Source: Octopus vulgaris
Taxonomy: Eukaryota
Length of the DNA: 64,000 nt
Direction of reading: 5' to 3'
NCBI GenBank assembly: GCA_951406725.2
Contig: OX597830.1
Location: 59,086,001 to 59,150,000, forward strand
Positions within the stretch are counted from its first letter, which is position 1. Each line of letters opens with the position of its first letter. The notes below the pieces were generated by a model. The model ran no database searches, was not told the DNA's origin, and was given only the letters and a program-made list of their open reading frames with translations. Shown one piece after another: positions 1 to 13,214 of this stretch. The translations under genes and the position numbers were made by a program.

Positions 1-557
1 CACTGAGGGTGGAGCAGGGGTGGTGGTGGTGGTGGTGAAAACGACAAAATTTTAGATGATGACGATGATAATGACGATGGTGACTGATGGTAGGGGACGA
101 TTATGAAAAAAAATTCTTTCAAATTTTGGCACAAGGCCATCAATTTTTTTTTTTGGTGGTGGTGGTGGGGGAGAATTGTCGATTACTTTGATCCCAGTAC
201 ATCACTGGTACTTTATTTTATTGACCTCCGGCAAGATGAAAGACAAAGTTGGCCTCGACGGAATTCGAACTCAGAGGGTAAAGAACCGGAAGAAATGCCG
301 CAAAGCATTTTGCCCGGTAAGCTAACGATTCTACCAGAACATAGCCTTAGTAACCCTTACTGCTTTAGGCACAATGCCTTGAATTGAGGGGAGGGGCTGA
401 GTCACTTGTATCGATCTCAGTGCGCAAAGGGTACTTATTTTATCGCACCCGAAAGCATAAAAGCCAAAAATCGCCCTCGGCAACATTGAATTCAGAGGCG
501 AAGAAATGCCGCTAAGAATTTTGTCCGACATGCTAACAATTCTGCCAGCTCGTCGCT

Positions 558-780
<223 letters not shown>

Positions 781-1091
781 ATGAAGGAGAAACTTTCAAA
801 ATACAAAGACCTGGAAATAGAGGTAACCAGAATGTGGAATCTAAAAACAGAAACAATTCCTATCATAGTAGGTGCATTAGGCATATCCAGACAAATACAT
901 AACAAAAACACCAGGACTTACAAACACATATAACATACAGAAAATTGCACTACTAGGCACTGCACACATCCTACGCAGAACACTTTCCATACAATAACCA
1001 TCAGAGCATCACAACAAATCACAACACATACCCAAGGCACACAGAGCTGCGCTCGGTAGTGAAGTGAAAGCACGCTATAAAAAATATACTA

Positions 1092-1095
<4 letters not shown>
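781..1095 (+). mobile_element. 5'-truncated 3' end of an R4/Dong-type (RLE) non-LTR retrotransposon
   Basis: Translates to EKLSKYKDLEIEVTRMWNLKTETIPIIVGALG...IQKIALLGTAHILRRTLSIQ*, typical of the restriction-like endonuclease C-terminus. Followed by (AAT)n at ~1096-1165, the usual Dong-type target. Confidence 0.8.
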
Positions 1096-1166
<71 letters not shown>

Positions 1167-1257
1167 TGTTGTTGTTGTTGTTTCAAATTTTGGCACAAGG
1201 CCAGCAAGTTCGGTGAAGCTGATAAATCGATTACGTCGACCGCAGTACTTAATAATA

Positions 1258-2629
1258 AGTGTTTATTGGTTGGAAGCTCAGCACACAGAGCAAAAGAACG
1301 AACGAAAACAAAGGAGCGTCGGGGGAAGGGAGCGACATTCACCCATCTTTTAACAAATTTACTGGGAGACAGTGCTTCCGAAAAAACGGTTTGTGAGAAC
1401 TTGGCCGAAAAAGAGAATGCCTGTTTTCAGCTCTTTCAGTCATGTCCACCACATAACCTCTTTCGCCATAGCCACCAGGAAGGCAGCGGAACAATCTTCG
1501 CGAAAGAATCGACCGATTGCTGGATCCATCCAACACGCGACACCAAGTCTTCGCCATGATTCCTTAAGTGACCAATGCTCGAGCGCTGTGTGTGTGTGTG
1601 TGTGTGTGCAGAACGGTTTCATCATTCCGTGCTCATCTCGGTCAGGATCGGTCGACGGAACTAGCATACCGATAGAGTTTATCTTGAACGGGCAATGTGA
1701 TCCGGTATCACTGCTAATCCAAGGATTTCTGAAGTTGTCCATGGGCCCTGGCCCAATAGCTCTTAGAAAATGACCATCCAGTTGATTCTCCGAGAACATC
1801 ATCGTTCTTACCTAACATTAATTCTCAGTAGAATGCCATAGTGCAACATCCATCGACCGCATTACCCGACTTGCAGAGGACCGTAGCGCCTGACGGTACT
1901 AGAGGTACTTAGTGCCCTGCTACGCTTAATTCAGGACTAAAAGAAACTAGCTGCGGGAAAGAATGGTGCGCCAAACGAACGGCGACCACACATGCTGACC
2001 GTTGCGTAATCGCTGAAGATGCCGTAGTCTCAGAACACGTCCATGCATCTCACTGTACGCCCAGTCCTCAATACAGCGGATATTGAAATGGACGGTCTGA
2101 GCAACAGAACGCGTCCTCTCCATAGAAAGCGTTAGCGCAAGTGCTCTCTTCTGATAGCTATGAAGGCACGCCAGTCAGACTGTAGTAGCTGTCGGATGCA
2201 AGGTTGGTATTCATCACCTGCTCCTGATTCTTCAGGGTTATTCTTCTCTCAGCTTATTTGAGGATGAAAGTAACCATCCTGCTCCTCAGCTCTTGTACGC
2301 CTGGACGCCTCAACCAAATCAATACCTAAACAATTTAACTCGTCCGTCAGTCCAATGACCCACATTGCAGTGATCCAGCTTCCGAAGACGGGCCCGAAAC
2401 CAGCTGCCAAGTATTCATAATCGACGCTATCAAAATCTTTAATTTATAAGTTTAAATTATTTAAATAATTTTTAAAATTTTAACTTTAATTTAAATATTT
2501 TAATTTGGAATTTTATATTTTATATTTTTTATATTTATATTTTATATTTTTTTAATTAATTTTTTTCTATGTATTGGCTTATGATTTTCACTGTTTTATT
2601 TGCCTAATAGTGGTTTTATCTCTAATTTA

Positions 2630-2698
<69 letters not shown>

Positions 2699-2956
2699 GG
2701 GGCCTATGGAGTTTTTCAGCACAAGGGTTTCACTCTTGAACCTCCGCACCTTGCTTTGGTGACATCTTCTGTATCTGCCCATATTTCTTTCAGAATTCGC
2801 TCCTCCACCTGAGCACGTGCTACTGCTTCTGGGTGTCGGGTTTTAGCCGATGCACACCGATACACCACCTTCTTTCTACCGAAACCTCGGCTGGGATGGC
2901 GATTTCTGCAGTCTACCAGTCCCCCCCCCCCCCCATCACGGTTTGTTTTGCCTGCG

Positions 2957-2960
<4 letters not shown>
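1258..2960 (-). mobile_element. Degenerate Tx1/L1-like LINE ORF2 remnant, interrupted by an AT-rich/(TA)n block at ~2440-2696
   Basis: Minus-strand fragments in shifting frames: LGSWFGP, RFLWRGRV, LRLRHLQR, VWSPFV..FPQLVS, GPGPMDNF, LVAMAKEVMWWT. These resemble the post-RT and zinc-binding region of Tx1 elements; many frameshifts. Confidence 0.7.
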
Positions 2961-2993
<33 letters not shown>

Positions 2994-3218
2994 TCAGACA
3001 AAACGCGAAGTACAAAATTGATTTTGCCGCGTCCAGGCAAATGGTTGTTGTTGTTGCTGCTGCTGCTCTTGTATTTTAATGTTGCTACTGTTGTTGTCGC
3101 TACTATCGCTGCTGTCACTTGTTTTTATTGTTGTTATTGCTATTGCTTTTGTTCCTGTCGCTTTTGTTGTTGCTGCTAGTTATGTTAAAAACATTAAGCT
3201 ATCCGTTGTTGCTGTAGT

Positions 3219-3259
<41 letters not shown>

Positions 3260-3576
3260 TAGTTGTTGTTGTTGTACTCGAGCACGCTTGTAGTAGTATG
3301 AGGAAATTTTCCCACCACCACCACCACCTCCTCCTCCTTGAATATGTTCGTAGTTGCTGTCGTCGCCATATTTCCAAACAAGAATAAAAACAGACAAAAA
3401 CAAATAAGTATTACAAAAATCGTGCACTTTAGGGCACCATTTGGGAGTCCCTCTAATCCTCCAGTGAAGTAAGGGTTCTTATTTAAAGTTTCACCAAAAT
3501 ATTTTAAACTGAAACAGATTTTTTTTTTCAACCAAACTTAAACCTTCCGAAAGCGATCCAACCTATGTCAAACACA

Positions 3577-3613
<37 letters not shown>

Positions 3614-3616
3614 GTA

Positions 3617-3830
3617 ACAGGGTTACTCGGCCAGAAGAAAATTCTAACTGGGCCCCACCTGCAAGGTCATGCGCTGTTTATCTTGATACGAGATCACCAT
3701 GTCGCGCACATATGGTTATGATGCATGTGCCTGGTGTACTCTTATCAGACAGGTAATCATGATGGGTATACTGGGCTTCGTATATCTGTACCCCAGTGTC
3801 ACTTTGATGGCATGCACTACTCTCTCACTC
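3617..3830 (+). mobile_element. 5'-truncated copy of a (TAA)n-embedded non-autonomous retroposon
   Basis: Closely matches the reverse complement of 20600-20810; AAT repeats on both sides. Confidence 0.75.
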
Positions 3831-3839
3831 AATAATAAT

Positions 3840-5150
3840 CCTTTCTACTAAAGGCACAAGGCTTGAAATTTGAGGGGAGGAGAACCAGTCGGTTACATCG
3901 ATCCCAGTGCTTCACTGGTACTTATTTTATCCTCTTCTACTCTGGGCGCAAGGCTTGGAATTTTGGGAGGAAGAGGACCAGTCGATTAGATCGACTCCAG
4001 TACGTAACTGGTACTTATTTTATCGACTTCGAAAAGATGAAAGGTAAAGACGACCTCGGCAAAGTTTGAACTCAGTACCTAAAGACGGACGAAATGTTGC
4101 TAAACATTTTGTTCGCCTCGCTAACGATTCTACCACTTCACCGTCAAAGATAATAATTACAATCCTTTCTACTATAGGCATAAGGTATAAAATGTTGAGT
4201 GGGGGGGGGGCACTTGCCGATTGCATCGACCCCACTGCTCAACTGGTCCCTATTTTCCGACATCAGAAAGGAAGTAAGGTAAAGTCGACTTCGACGGAAT
4301 CGGGACTCAGAATGTAAAGACGGATGAAATGTTGCTAAGCATTTTATCCGGCGCCGTAGCGATTCTGCTAAGCTCGCCGCCTTAACCACAATGATAATAA
4401 CCCTTTCTACTACAGGCGCAAGGTCCGAAATTTAGGGGAGGGAGCTGGTTGATTATACCGACCCTAGTCTTCATCTGGTACTTATTTCATCGACCTCGAA
4501 AAGATGAAAGACAAAGTCAACCTTGGCGAAAACCGAACTCAGTGACAAGCGAAATACCTATTTCTTTACTACCCACAAGGGGCTAAACACAAAGGGGACA
4601 AACAAGGGCAGACACACGGATTAAGTCGATTATATCGACCCCAGTGCGTAACTGGTACTTATTTAATCGACCCCGAAAGGATGAAAGGCAAAGTCGACTT
4701 CGGCGGAATTTGAACTCAGAATGTAGCGGCAGACGAAATATCCATTTCTTTACTACCCTCAAGGAGCTAAACATAGAGGGGACAAACAAAGACAGACAAA
4801 CGGATTAAGTCGATTACATCGACCTCAGTGCGTGACTGGTACTTAATTTATCGACCCCGAAAGGATGAAAGGCAAAGTCGACCTCGGCGGAATTTGAACT
4901 CAGAACGTAGCGGCAGACGAAATATCCATTTCTTTACTACCCTCAAGGGGCTAAACACAGAGAGGGCAAACAAAGACAGCCAAACGGATTAAGTCGATTA
5001 CATCGACCTCAGTGCGTAACTGGTACTTAATTTATCGACCCCGAAAGGATGAAAGGCAAAGTCGACCTCGGCGGAATTTGAACTCAGAACATAACGGCAG
5101 ACGAAATACCGCCAAGCATTTTGTCTGGTAACGATTCTGCCAGTTGGCCT
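3840..5150 (-). mobile_element. Cluster of tRNA-derived SINEs including a head-to-tail trimer (~183 bp period, 4555-5150)
   Basis: Repeated block CGACCCCGAAAGGATGAAAGGCAAAGTCGACCTCGGCGGAATTTGAACTCAGAA, the reverse complement of the SINE at 62066-62295. Confidence 0.85.
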
Positions 5151-6659
5151 CCCTGATCATGATAAAAATCATAACTACATCATCATCAGCAGCAGCATCA
5201 TAACTCTCCTCAGATCAATGTAGTTATTTGCTGTAATGGCGGATAAGACTCATGGAACTTTGCAACTGCTGTGCAAGCAAAATAAATTATTGTTATTCCT
5301 GTGATGCTTTCTGTCAACCTACCACAGCTTATGGCTTGATTAAAAATTATTACACGTTGTCTTTTCAAAGTTTATCTGCAAACTACCAAACATTTGCAAT
5401 GCTTCACGTCCCTTCAACATTGGTCCCCGATTAACCTCTGAACCCAAATTTATTGACAAGAGAATTTCTCTTCTTTACATTTTAGCACAGATGAATATTT
5501 TTCTAGACTTGATGCAGGGAAGACTTTATCGAAATTAGAAGTAATATTAGCGGCATATTTGGGGGATGGGGAGCGTGTTACGTTTTGATAGGGGGTACCT
5601 GGTTCGTGGTGGTGAGTGAGCTAAATAGGAAATGAAACACCTGGCTTTTCGGGAGCCGAAGGGTAGAACACGTAACCGTAATGTAAACAATTTACTGACG
5701 TCTGGTTATAGCAGTCAAATCTTCCTCAAACCGCATCCTACCGTCGAAATAAGTATTGGGAAGCATTAGATAATGCAGTTGCTACATACCCCCCCTCCCC
5801 ACTTAAAAGGCGGTGTGGTGACGGTTGGAATGCTTTTGTTTATAGGGTTGCACATTCAGCGTTGACAATGAGCTGTCATCATCATCACCACCACCACCAC
5901 CACCACCACCACCACCAAATCCACCACCGCCGCCACCACCACCACCACCACCACCACCACCACCACAATCATCATCATCATCAGCAGCAGCAGCAGCAGC
6001 ATCGTCATAGAAATTGATGGAAAAAAAATTTGAAGAGCAAAGAATTCTGCCAGTCTATTGTTTTGGACGCTCTAGCGATTCCTCAAGTTTATCGTCCTGA
6101 AAATAAGTACTTTATTTATCGACACCAGAAGGTTGAAAGGCAAGGATGAGCTCGGTGGAGGTTTCAACTTAGAACGCAAAGCTTAAGTAACAATGCAAAG
6201 TTACCTGTGTTTGCTCTCACGAAATGCAGAGTTGACAGATGTAGGGCAAAGCCTTCTACTCTGGCCATTGTCTCTTAATATGTTGACCCAGAGATTCTCA
6301 GTTTTTTTTCACGAGGTTGAGGTGGTCACTGGACATCAGATAAAGATTTACTGACGCGTTTTAGGCGCAGGCATGGCTGTGCTGTTAAGAAGCACGCTTT
6401 GCGACCACATGGTTTCGGGTTCAGTCCCACTACGCGACAACTTGGGTCTCTTCTACGATAGCTGCACAATTTGGTGGACGAAACAGCATGAAAGCCCGTC
6501 GTATACGTATGCGGGGAATGTGATCGAGTGTTTCTTTTGTGTTTGTCCTTCGCCAACGCTTGACAACCAGTGTTGGTTCACAGTTCTGTATTTAAGAGAT
6601 GAGGAATTATTTACATTATTTACATTTGACGGATATTTGTCCTCATCTTGTTTGTTGTT

Positions 6660-6705
6660 AACACAACGTTTCGGCTGATATACCCTCCAGCCTTCATCAG
6701 GTGTC
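6660..6705 (-). ncRNA. Minimal type-I hammerhead ribozyme motif (inverted copy)
   Basis: Reverse complement reads GACAC-CTGATGA-A-GGCTG-loop-CAGCC-GAAA-CG-TT-GTGTT. Confidence 0.7.
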
Positions 6706-6786
6706 TTGGGGAAATTTCGAACCTGGGTTCTCATTCCTAAGGTATTTTTTTCGATGTTGTTATTATTATTATTGCCCACGGGCATA

Positions 6787-6841
6787 TGGCGTAGTGGTTA
6801 AGAGCGCGGGCTACTAACCCCAAAATTCCGAGTTTGATTCC
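6787..6841 (+). promoter_or_regulatory. Pol III type-2 promoter (A and B boxes) of a tRNA-derived head
   Basis: A box TGGCGTAGTGG at 6787-6797; B box GTTTGATTCC at 6832-6841 (one mismatch to consensus). Confidence 0.65.
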
Positions 6842-6850
6842 AAGCAGTGA

Positions 6851-6925
<75 letters not shown>

Positions 6926-6986
6926 CAACAACAACAACATCGAAAATTTCCCCAAGACACCTGATGAAGGTTCGAAATTTCCCCAA

Positions 6987-7032
6987 GACACCTGATGAAG
7001 GCTGGAGGGTATATCAGCCGAAACGTTGTGTT
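6987..7032 (+). ncRNA. Minimal type-I hammerhead ribozyme motif
   Basis: Stem I GACAC/GTGTT, core CTGATGA (6992-6998), stem II GGCTG/CAGCC, GAAA (7020-7023), palindromic ACGT stem III, predicted cleavage after 7027. Confidence 0.72.
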
Positions 7033-9177
7033 AACAACAAACAAGATGAGGATAAATATCCGTCAAATGTAAATAATGTAAACAGTGTTGGTTTGTTTAT
7101 GTCTCCATAAATTGGCGGTTCGGCAAAAGAAAACGATAGAATAAGTACCAGACTTATTAGACTTCTTTTAGATCCCAAAGTCAGTCTATTAAGAGGCAAG
7201 AAGTTCTGAGACTGGCAATTACCTTTCTTTAGCAAATATTAGTAAATGAAATGTTTTCGCAATTCCTCTCTTTATTAACGAGAAGCCAAAAGAGAATATG
7301 TTTATTTGTAATTCTTTACCATGATGTTGCATAAAGTAAAAAAAAGAAAACGTCATGGCAACCATCTTCATTTTATCAAACATTGCAACTTCTCCGTTCC
7401 ATCATTTTCAAACATCACAGCTTCGTGTTTTAGCTGAATCCTTTCTTAATTCCATGACTTATTCATTCTTCATACATTCTGGTAGATTCGAGTGAGAATA
7501 TGTTAATCGCTGTTGTATTTCGTCATCGGAAAATAACTTCTCCTTTCAGGCAAATTCATTAGCGTTTTGGGAAACCTGGTAATTCAATATCCTTGTGTTT
7601 TCTCTGCCAAATCTACCCTAAACTAATGAATTTAAGAAGAGTTTATGGCTCTCGTTTATAACCACAGCAAATAAGTTATTTGCTGGTGCATGTTGATTGA
7701 TATCGGTTAAGCCTACCAGTCTTCCTAAATTCGAAATTTCAAATCTTTTTTGTGGACTAGTTGTAGAAGAAAGTTCAGAGATTATGACCTTTCTTTTTTT
7801 CCGTATCTTATATCAGAGACTTGAAATGAATTTTAAAAAAGGAGTTGACTCCTTCAGTTGACAAGCAGAGTTAAGAACGCCGGTGACGATTTAAGTCTGA
7901 CACCAGCAGGTTTCTAAACAACGTCCGTTCTACCAAATTTCATTCCCAAGGATTAGTCAACCAGAGGCTTCACTGGAAGATTCTTATCGAAAGTGACGCA
8001 CCCTCAGATTTAAACCGAAACTGTGTAATTGTAAACAGAACCTTTTAATCATACAACCATATTATACGATGACAGATAATCCTTTATGTCAAGCGCTGAT
8101 CGATTAAATCTTTTTAATCTAGCTACACGATGCAGATGATATTAAAAAACATAAATGAACTGTAAGGAAAAGAACTGTTGTTTATATTTTTACGTCTTGT
8201 CAAATATATCGTAATAAAACTGCCTTTTAAATTCAACACGATTACTTCATTGTTCAGAGGTAATTGAAGACAAACTTCTTTTTCTAGTTAACCTGTTCAA
8301 ACTTTATTGTCCCAAGCTTTTCTTTCTCGTAGGCTCCCACCATAAATCAATTCTCGATGTCTTTCTCGTGAAGCAATAAATGAAATAATCATCCATTGTT
8401 GTGTTGTCAATAGCAAAGAGAAACCTAGCTACGAGGTTCAATATTATGATGTCTGGTCAAACGAGAAAATGGTGTCCACGACAACCGATTATCAACAACA
8501 GTCCTAATATGGTTGTCTACTTTCTACATAAAAAGAAAACAATAAAAACTACAACAAGATGTTCTTACTTTGTAATAAAGCTATAAATGCGCAATATAGA
8601 TTACGAAACATTTTTTTTTAATGAACCTTTATCAGCGGTCATTAATTAAAATTAATTAGGAATGACATGTAGTGATAAATGTATGATTAGAAACTGATTA
8701 ATTTAGAGGTGGGGGGAGATGTATAATGATCTATTTGCTTTTGTCGGAGACATCTTTCGATTGATTCATCGGAGTGGAAAGTCGCATCCTTGACAACAGT
8801 CACGTGGTACAGCTTAGATAAGCCCAGCAGTTGAAGCCCTACACAAGCTAAAAAGAACACTTCCTCATTGATTTGAGCAAAACCCAAAAACAAAACTATA
8901 ATTAATCTTTTATGTTTTTCTCAGAAAGAAAATAACACTAAAATTATTTCGTTTCTGCTCAAATGAAAGTGATAAACAGCAAATTAAGCCATGTTTTCTT
9001 ATAGAAAAACACATATTCTGAAGTGATCTTCGAACTTGAGGGACATACCTGAAACATTGCACTGGAAATATACTTCAATCAGGATTGAAAGACAAAAAAA
9101 AAAAAGAAATAAGATAACACAAGAAACAATACAAATAGCTTTAAATACAGCATTTTCATTATAGAAGGAAACTTAAT

Positions 9178-9574
9178 ATGACTGCTGTAAGTAGTTTTCC
9201 ATCTCGAAGTATAAACCTGGGCAAACGTGGGCCTTCGCGGCAACTCACAGGGCAAACAACATATTTCGATGTTAACAATGAGGGAGTCGTTCTTGATGCT
9301 AATCTTGTCTGCTTAAAAGAAAAACGTCGAGGAGATGGATCAGGTATGTTCCCGTTACTGGGTGGAATCCTTGAGGAAAGTCAAGAAACCAACTATCTGC
9401 CGGGATTTAGACCCTTTACAGAGAAGATCAACATAAGAAATACATCTGAAACTGCCGGCCCATTAGTGTTACCCAAGAAAACAAAAGTGAAGCGGAGCTG
9501 CGCAGGACTTTTACAACTTTCGAAAGAACTAAAGCGCAAAAGTCTGGTTTCCAGCAGAGTTAAAGTGAAGAAAG
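9178..9574 (+). CDS. Coding exon 1 of a TEAD-binding omega-loop (FAM181/YAP-motif) protein gene
   Basis: Non-repetitive 132-codon open frame; acceptor TTTTCATTATAG ending 9164; strong donor AAAG|GTAAGT, phase 1. The frame stays open a few codons upstream, so the N-terminus may extend. Confidence 0.75.
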
Positions 9575-9675
9575 GTAAGTGAGGAAGTTGAAAAAAGTCA
9601 ATATATTCTTTATATACCTGTATTAAATAAGTACCAACACCTCACCGAAACTTACAGAAACAACAGAACTAACAT

Positions 9676-9730
<55 letters not shown>

Positions 9731-9814
9731 TATAAAGATACACATATGTAATATGTGTACACATGTATATGTATCACTTTCTGTTTCTTTTTCCACACCT
9801 ATCTCTACTCTCTC

Positions 9815-9892
<78 letters not shown>

Positions 9893-10116
9893 AATATGTG
9901 TATGTATGTATGTATATATATATATTCTTTTTTCTTTTACTCTTTTACTTGCTTCAGTCATTTGACTGCGACCATGCCGGAGCACCGCCTTTTAGTCGAA
10001 CAAATCGACCTCAGGACTTATCCTTTGTAAATCTAATACTTATTCTATCGGTCTATTTTGCCGAACCGCTAAGTTATGGGCACGTAAAAACACCAGCATC
10101 GGTTGTAAACACACCA

Positions 10117-10152
<36 letters not shown>

Positions 10153-10332
10153 CTTAATGGATATTTTTAATACTTTTCTTACTGTATTGCGTGTTCGTTT
10201 CTCTTTTCTATCCGTGATTTTAGTTTTGATCTTCTATAAAAATGAAGATATTTCCTTCGTTTTGCTGCTTTTCTTTCAACGAAATGAGAAGATGCAATGC
10301 AGAACTGTTACTTTAACGAGTTGTGTCTATTT

Positions 10333-10438
10333 ATCACTCGATGAGACACATCTACACCGCCGGATACTCCTGAACCAGTTGTTGAGTGTCCCACTTGTGA
10401 GGGATCGATGCTAGAGGTGTCGAAACAATTGTCGTGAT
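10333..10438 (+). ncRNA. Type-I hammerhead-like motif with variant core (TCGATGA) and long stem II
   Basis: Stem I ATCAC/GTGAT, stem II GACACATCTA/TAGAGGTGTC, GAAA, palindromic ACAATTGT stem III, GTC cleavage triplet. Confidence 0.6.
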
Positions 10439-10462
10439 TGATAATAAATTCTCGTATATTCC

Positions 10463-10493
<31 letters not shown>

Positions 10494-11200
10494 TGTATGT
10501 ATGTATGTATGTATGTATGTATGCATGTATGTATGTATGCATGCATGTATGTATAAATATATGTATATGTGTATGTGTTTGTCTGTGTGTGTCTTTGTGT
10601 GTGTCCGTGTATCTGTGTGGTGTCCTTCGCTTCCGTTTGACAACCTGTGATAGTTTATTTACATTCCTGTTGCCAAGCAGTTCGGGAAAAGGGACCCATA
10701 GAACAAATACTAGACTTTAAAAAATAATAATAATAATAAGTAGTGGAATTAATTTGATCGAATAAAGCCCTTCAAGGTGGTGCCCCAGCATGGTCGCAGT
10801 CCAATGACTGAAACAAGTAAAATATAAAAGATAAGAAATAAAAGAAACTAAAGGAAATGTTTAATTGTGGCGATCGAAAGTGAGAAGGGAATGACTCAAA
10901 GAAAAGCAGAACGGAATGTGAAGTGGGCGCCATAGTTGAGGGCGATTTCTAGACGTTCTCAGCACAAGGTCGACATTGTGTTTCCATTCCTGTAAGGGTT
11001 CGACCAATACAATACACTTGGGTCGATTCAATATTCCATACTCCTCCTTCTATAAATATTGGTATAGCCAAAAGAAAGGAGTTCTTGCCAATAAAGTAGA
11101 AACATAGATGTACATGTTAATTCTCTCTCTTTTCTTTCTTTCTTTCATTCTTTCTTTCTTTCCTTCTTTCTTTCTTTCCTTCCTTCTTTCTTTCTTTCCT

Positions 11201-11250
<50 letters not shown>

Positions 11251-11402
11251 GAACACATGTACACCCATATGTTCACATACACAAGCTCGTACACACATAA
11301 GCAATTACACAAGCCTGCAAACATAGAAACTAAGGCGTATACATGTATGCTTATACACACACATATATTACGTACAGACTCATATGCACGCGCACGCGCA
11401 CA

Positions 11403-11462
<60 letters not shown>

Positions 11463-11864
11463 CAAAGCGGAATTACGAAAATATGTAAAATATTCCAAAA
11501 GGAATCTAAACGGACATACAAGCATTTCTCTGTTGATACACCTAAGTCAACATATATACAGATCATACATGCAATGGCATGCGAACCTTCACACACACAT
11601 ACACGCATACATACATACATTTATGCATACATACATACGTACATACATACGTACATACATACACACATAGATGCATACATACATACATTTATGCATACAT
11701 ACATACGTACATACATACGTACATACATACATACATACATACACACATAGATGCATGCATACATACATGCACGCATTTACGCATACAAACATACCTTTAT
11801 ACACACATACGTATAAACACATACATAGGCGCATGCACCCTCACAGATGTATTTTACCAGGCGC

Positions 11865-11938
11865 TTTTGCCGAACCGCTAAGTTACAGGGACATAAACAT
11901 ACCGACATCGATTGTCAAGCAATGATGAGGGGGACAAA

Positions 11939-12019
<81 letters not shown>

Positions 12020-12172
12020 ATATGACGGGCTTCTTTCAGTTTCCGTCTACCAAATCCACTCACAAGGCTTCGGTCGGGCTGAGGCTATAGGAGAAGATAC
12101 TTACCCATGGTGCCACGCAGTGGGACTGAACCCGGAACCATGTGGTTGTGAAGCAAGCTTCTTACCACACAG
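11865..12172 (-). mobile_element. tRNA-derived SINE with internal (CA)n microsatellite
   Basis: Same family as 24990-25375: GGGACTGAACCCGGAACCATGTGG head region and CCGAACCGCTAAGTTAC body. Confidence 0.8.
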
Positions 12173-12175
12173 TCA

Positions 12176-12236
<61 letters not shown>

Positions 12237-12869
12237 AGCTTAGAGAAAAAGAAGAAACCAAACGAAACCAAACGAATCGAATCGAATCGACGCGAAGGCG
12301 CTCAGCCATACAATAGTGTAATAAATAAAATATATGCATACATACAAACATATATGTACGTACCTACATCTACATGTATATATACATGCATATATAAATA
12401 TATATACGTGTGTACAGGACACCACAAATAGACGTAGAACTCAACGAGAAACGAAAACGTAAAAACAGCATGGAACGGACCATTTTTTTAACAACGAAAA
12501 AACAGAGTACAAGACAACTACACAAGGAAAAATCCCCTTCATCAGCTGTCCCTAGTTCAACTCCAGCGTGTTTCGAAGGACACACATACACGCATATACA
12601 GATCCATCTATTCCCCTCCCTCCCTCCCTCTCTCCACACATACAAACGTGACAACCTAGGTTGTCATTGATTTGTCGAGTGGGGCCATAAAGCTACTAAG
12701 ATGTCCCTGTGACCGAATTTCCTCCCTTAATCCCTGCATGGTGGGGATTAAGCGTTGCTGATATTAGTCGAACAGATTTCTTTATGCCAAATCCCATCTC
12801 GTTTGGTAACGGCAAAGAATTTCTGAAGACATTGGATTTTAAAGACTATCAAAGATTTTTAGCGTATCG

Positions 12870-12920
<51 letters not shown>

Positions 12921-13039
12921 TGTCCATGTCTTGCATCCATGTGGGAGAATGGAAATACAGGCTTCTCTGTAGGTGAGAACTTTTTTATGGAAGCCGAGAC
13001 AGTTATTTAGCAAGACTCTCTCTCTCTCTCTCTCTCTCT

Positions 13040-13084
<45 letters not shown>

Positions 13085-13214
13085 AGCCTTCCAAAAGCTA
13101 CAGAGGTTTGTCTGTAACGATTTACTGTTCCCTCGCTCAATGTGTAACAGTTGGAGATAATGTGCTTGAGTTTGCGAATTGATTTCGCTGGGGTTCTGAG
13201 ATTGTGGGGGAGGA

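Larger units (their letters stand above)
6579..7082. mobile_element. Non-autonomous hammerhead-bearing retroelement: inverted 5'-truncated copy plus tRNA-headed copy, with 11-bp TSD
   Basis: TSD CAGTGTTGGTT at 6568-6578 and 7083-7093. 6610-6720 is the reverse complement of ~6972-7082. tRNA-like head at 6780-6855 followed by (AAT)n. Inserted inside another SINE. Confidence 0.8.

Noticed and set aside
1800-2430. GC-balanced stretch that looks foreign or synthetic
   Set aside because: Minus-strand translation yields Tx1-like ORF2 fragments continuous with 1258-1800, so it is a decayed LINE.
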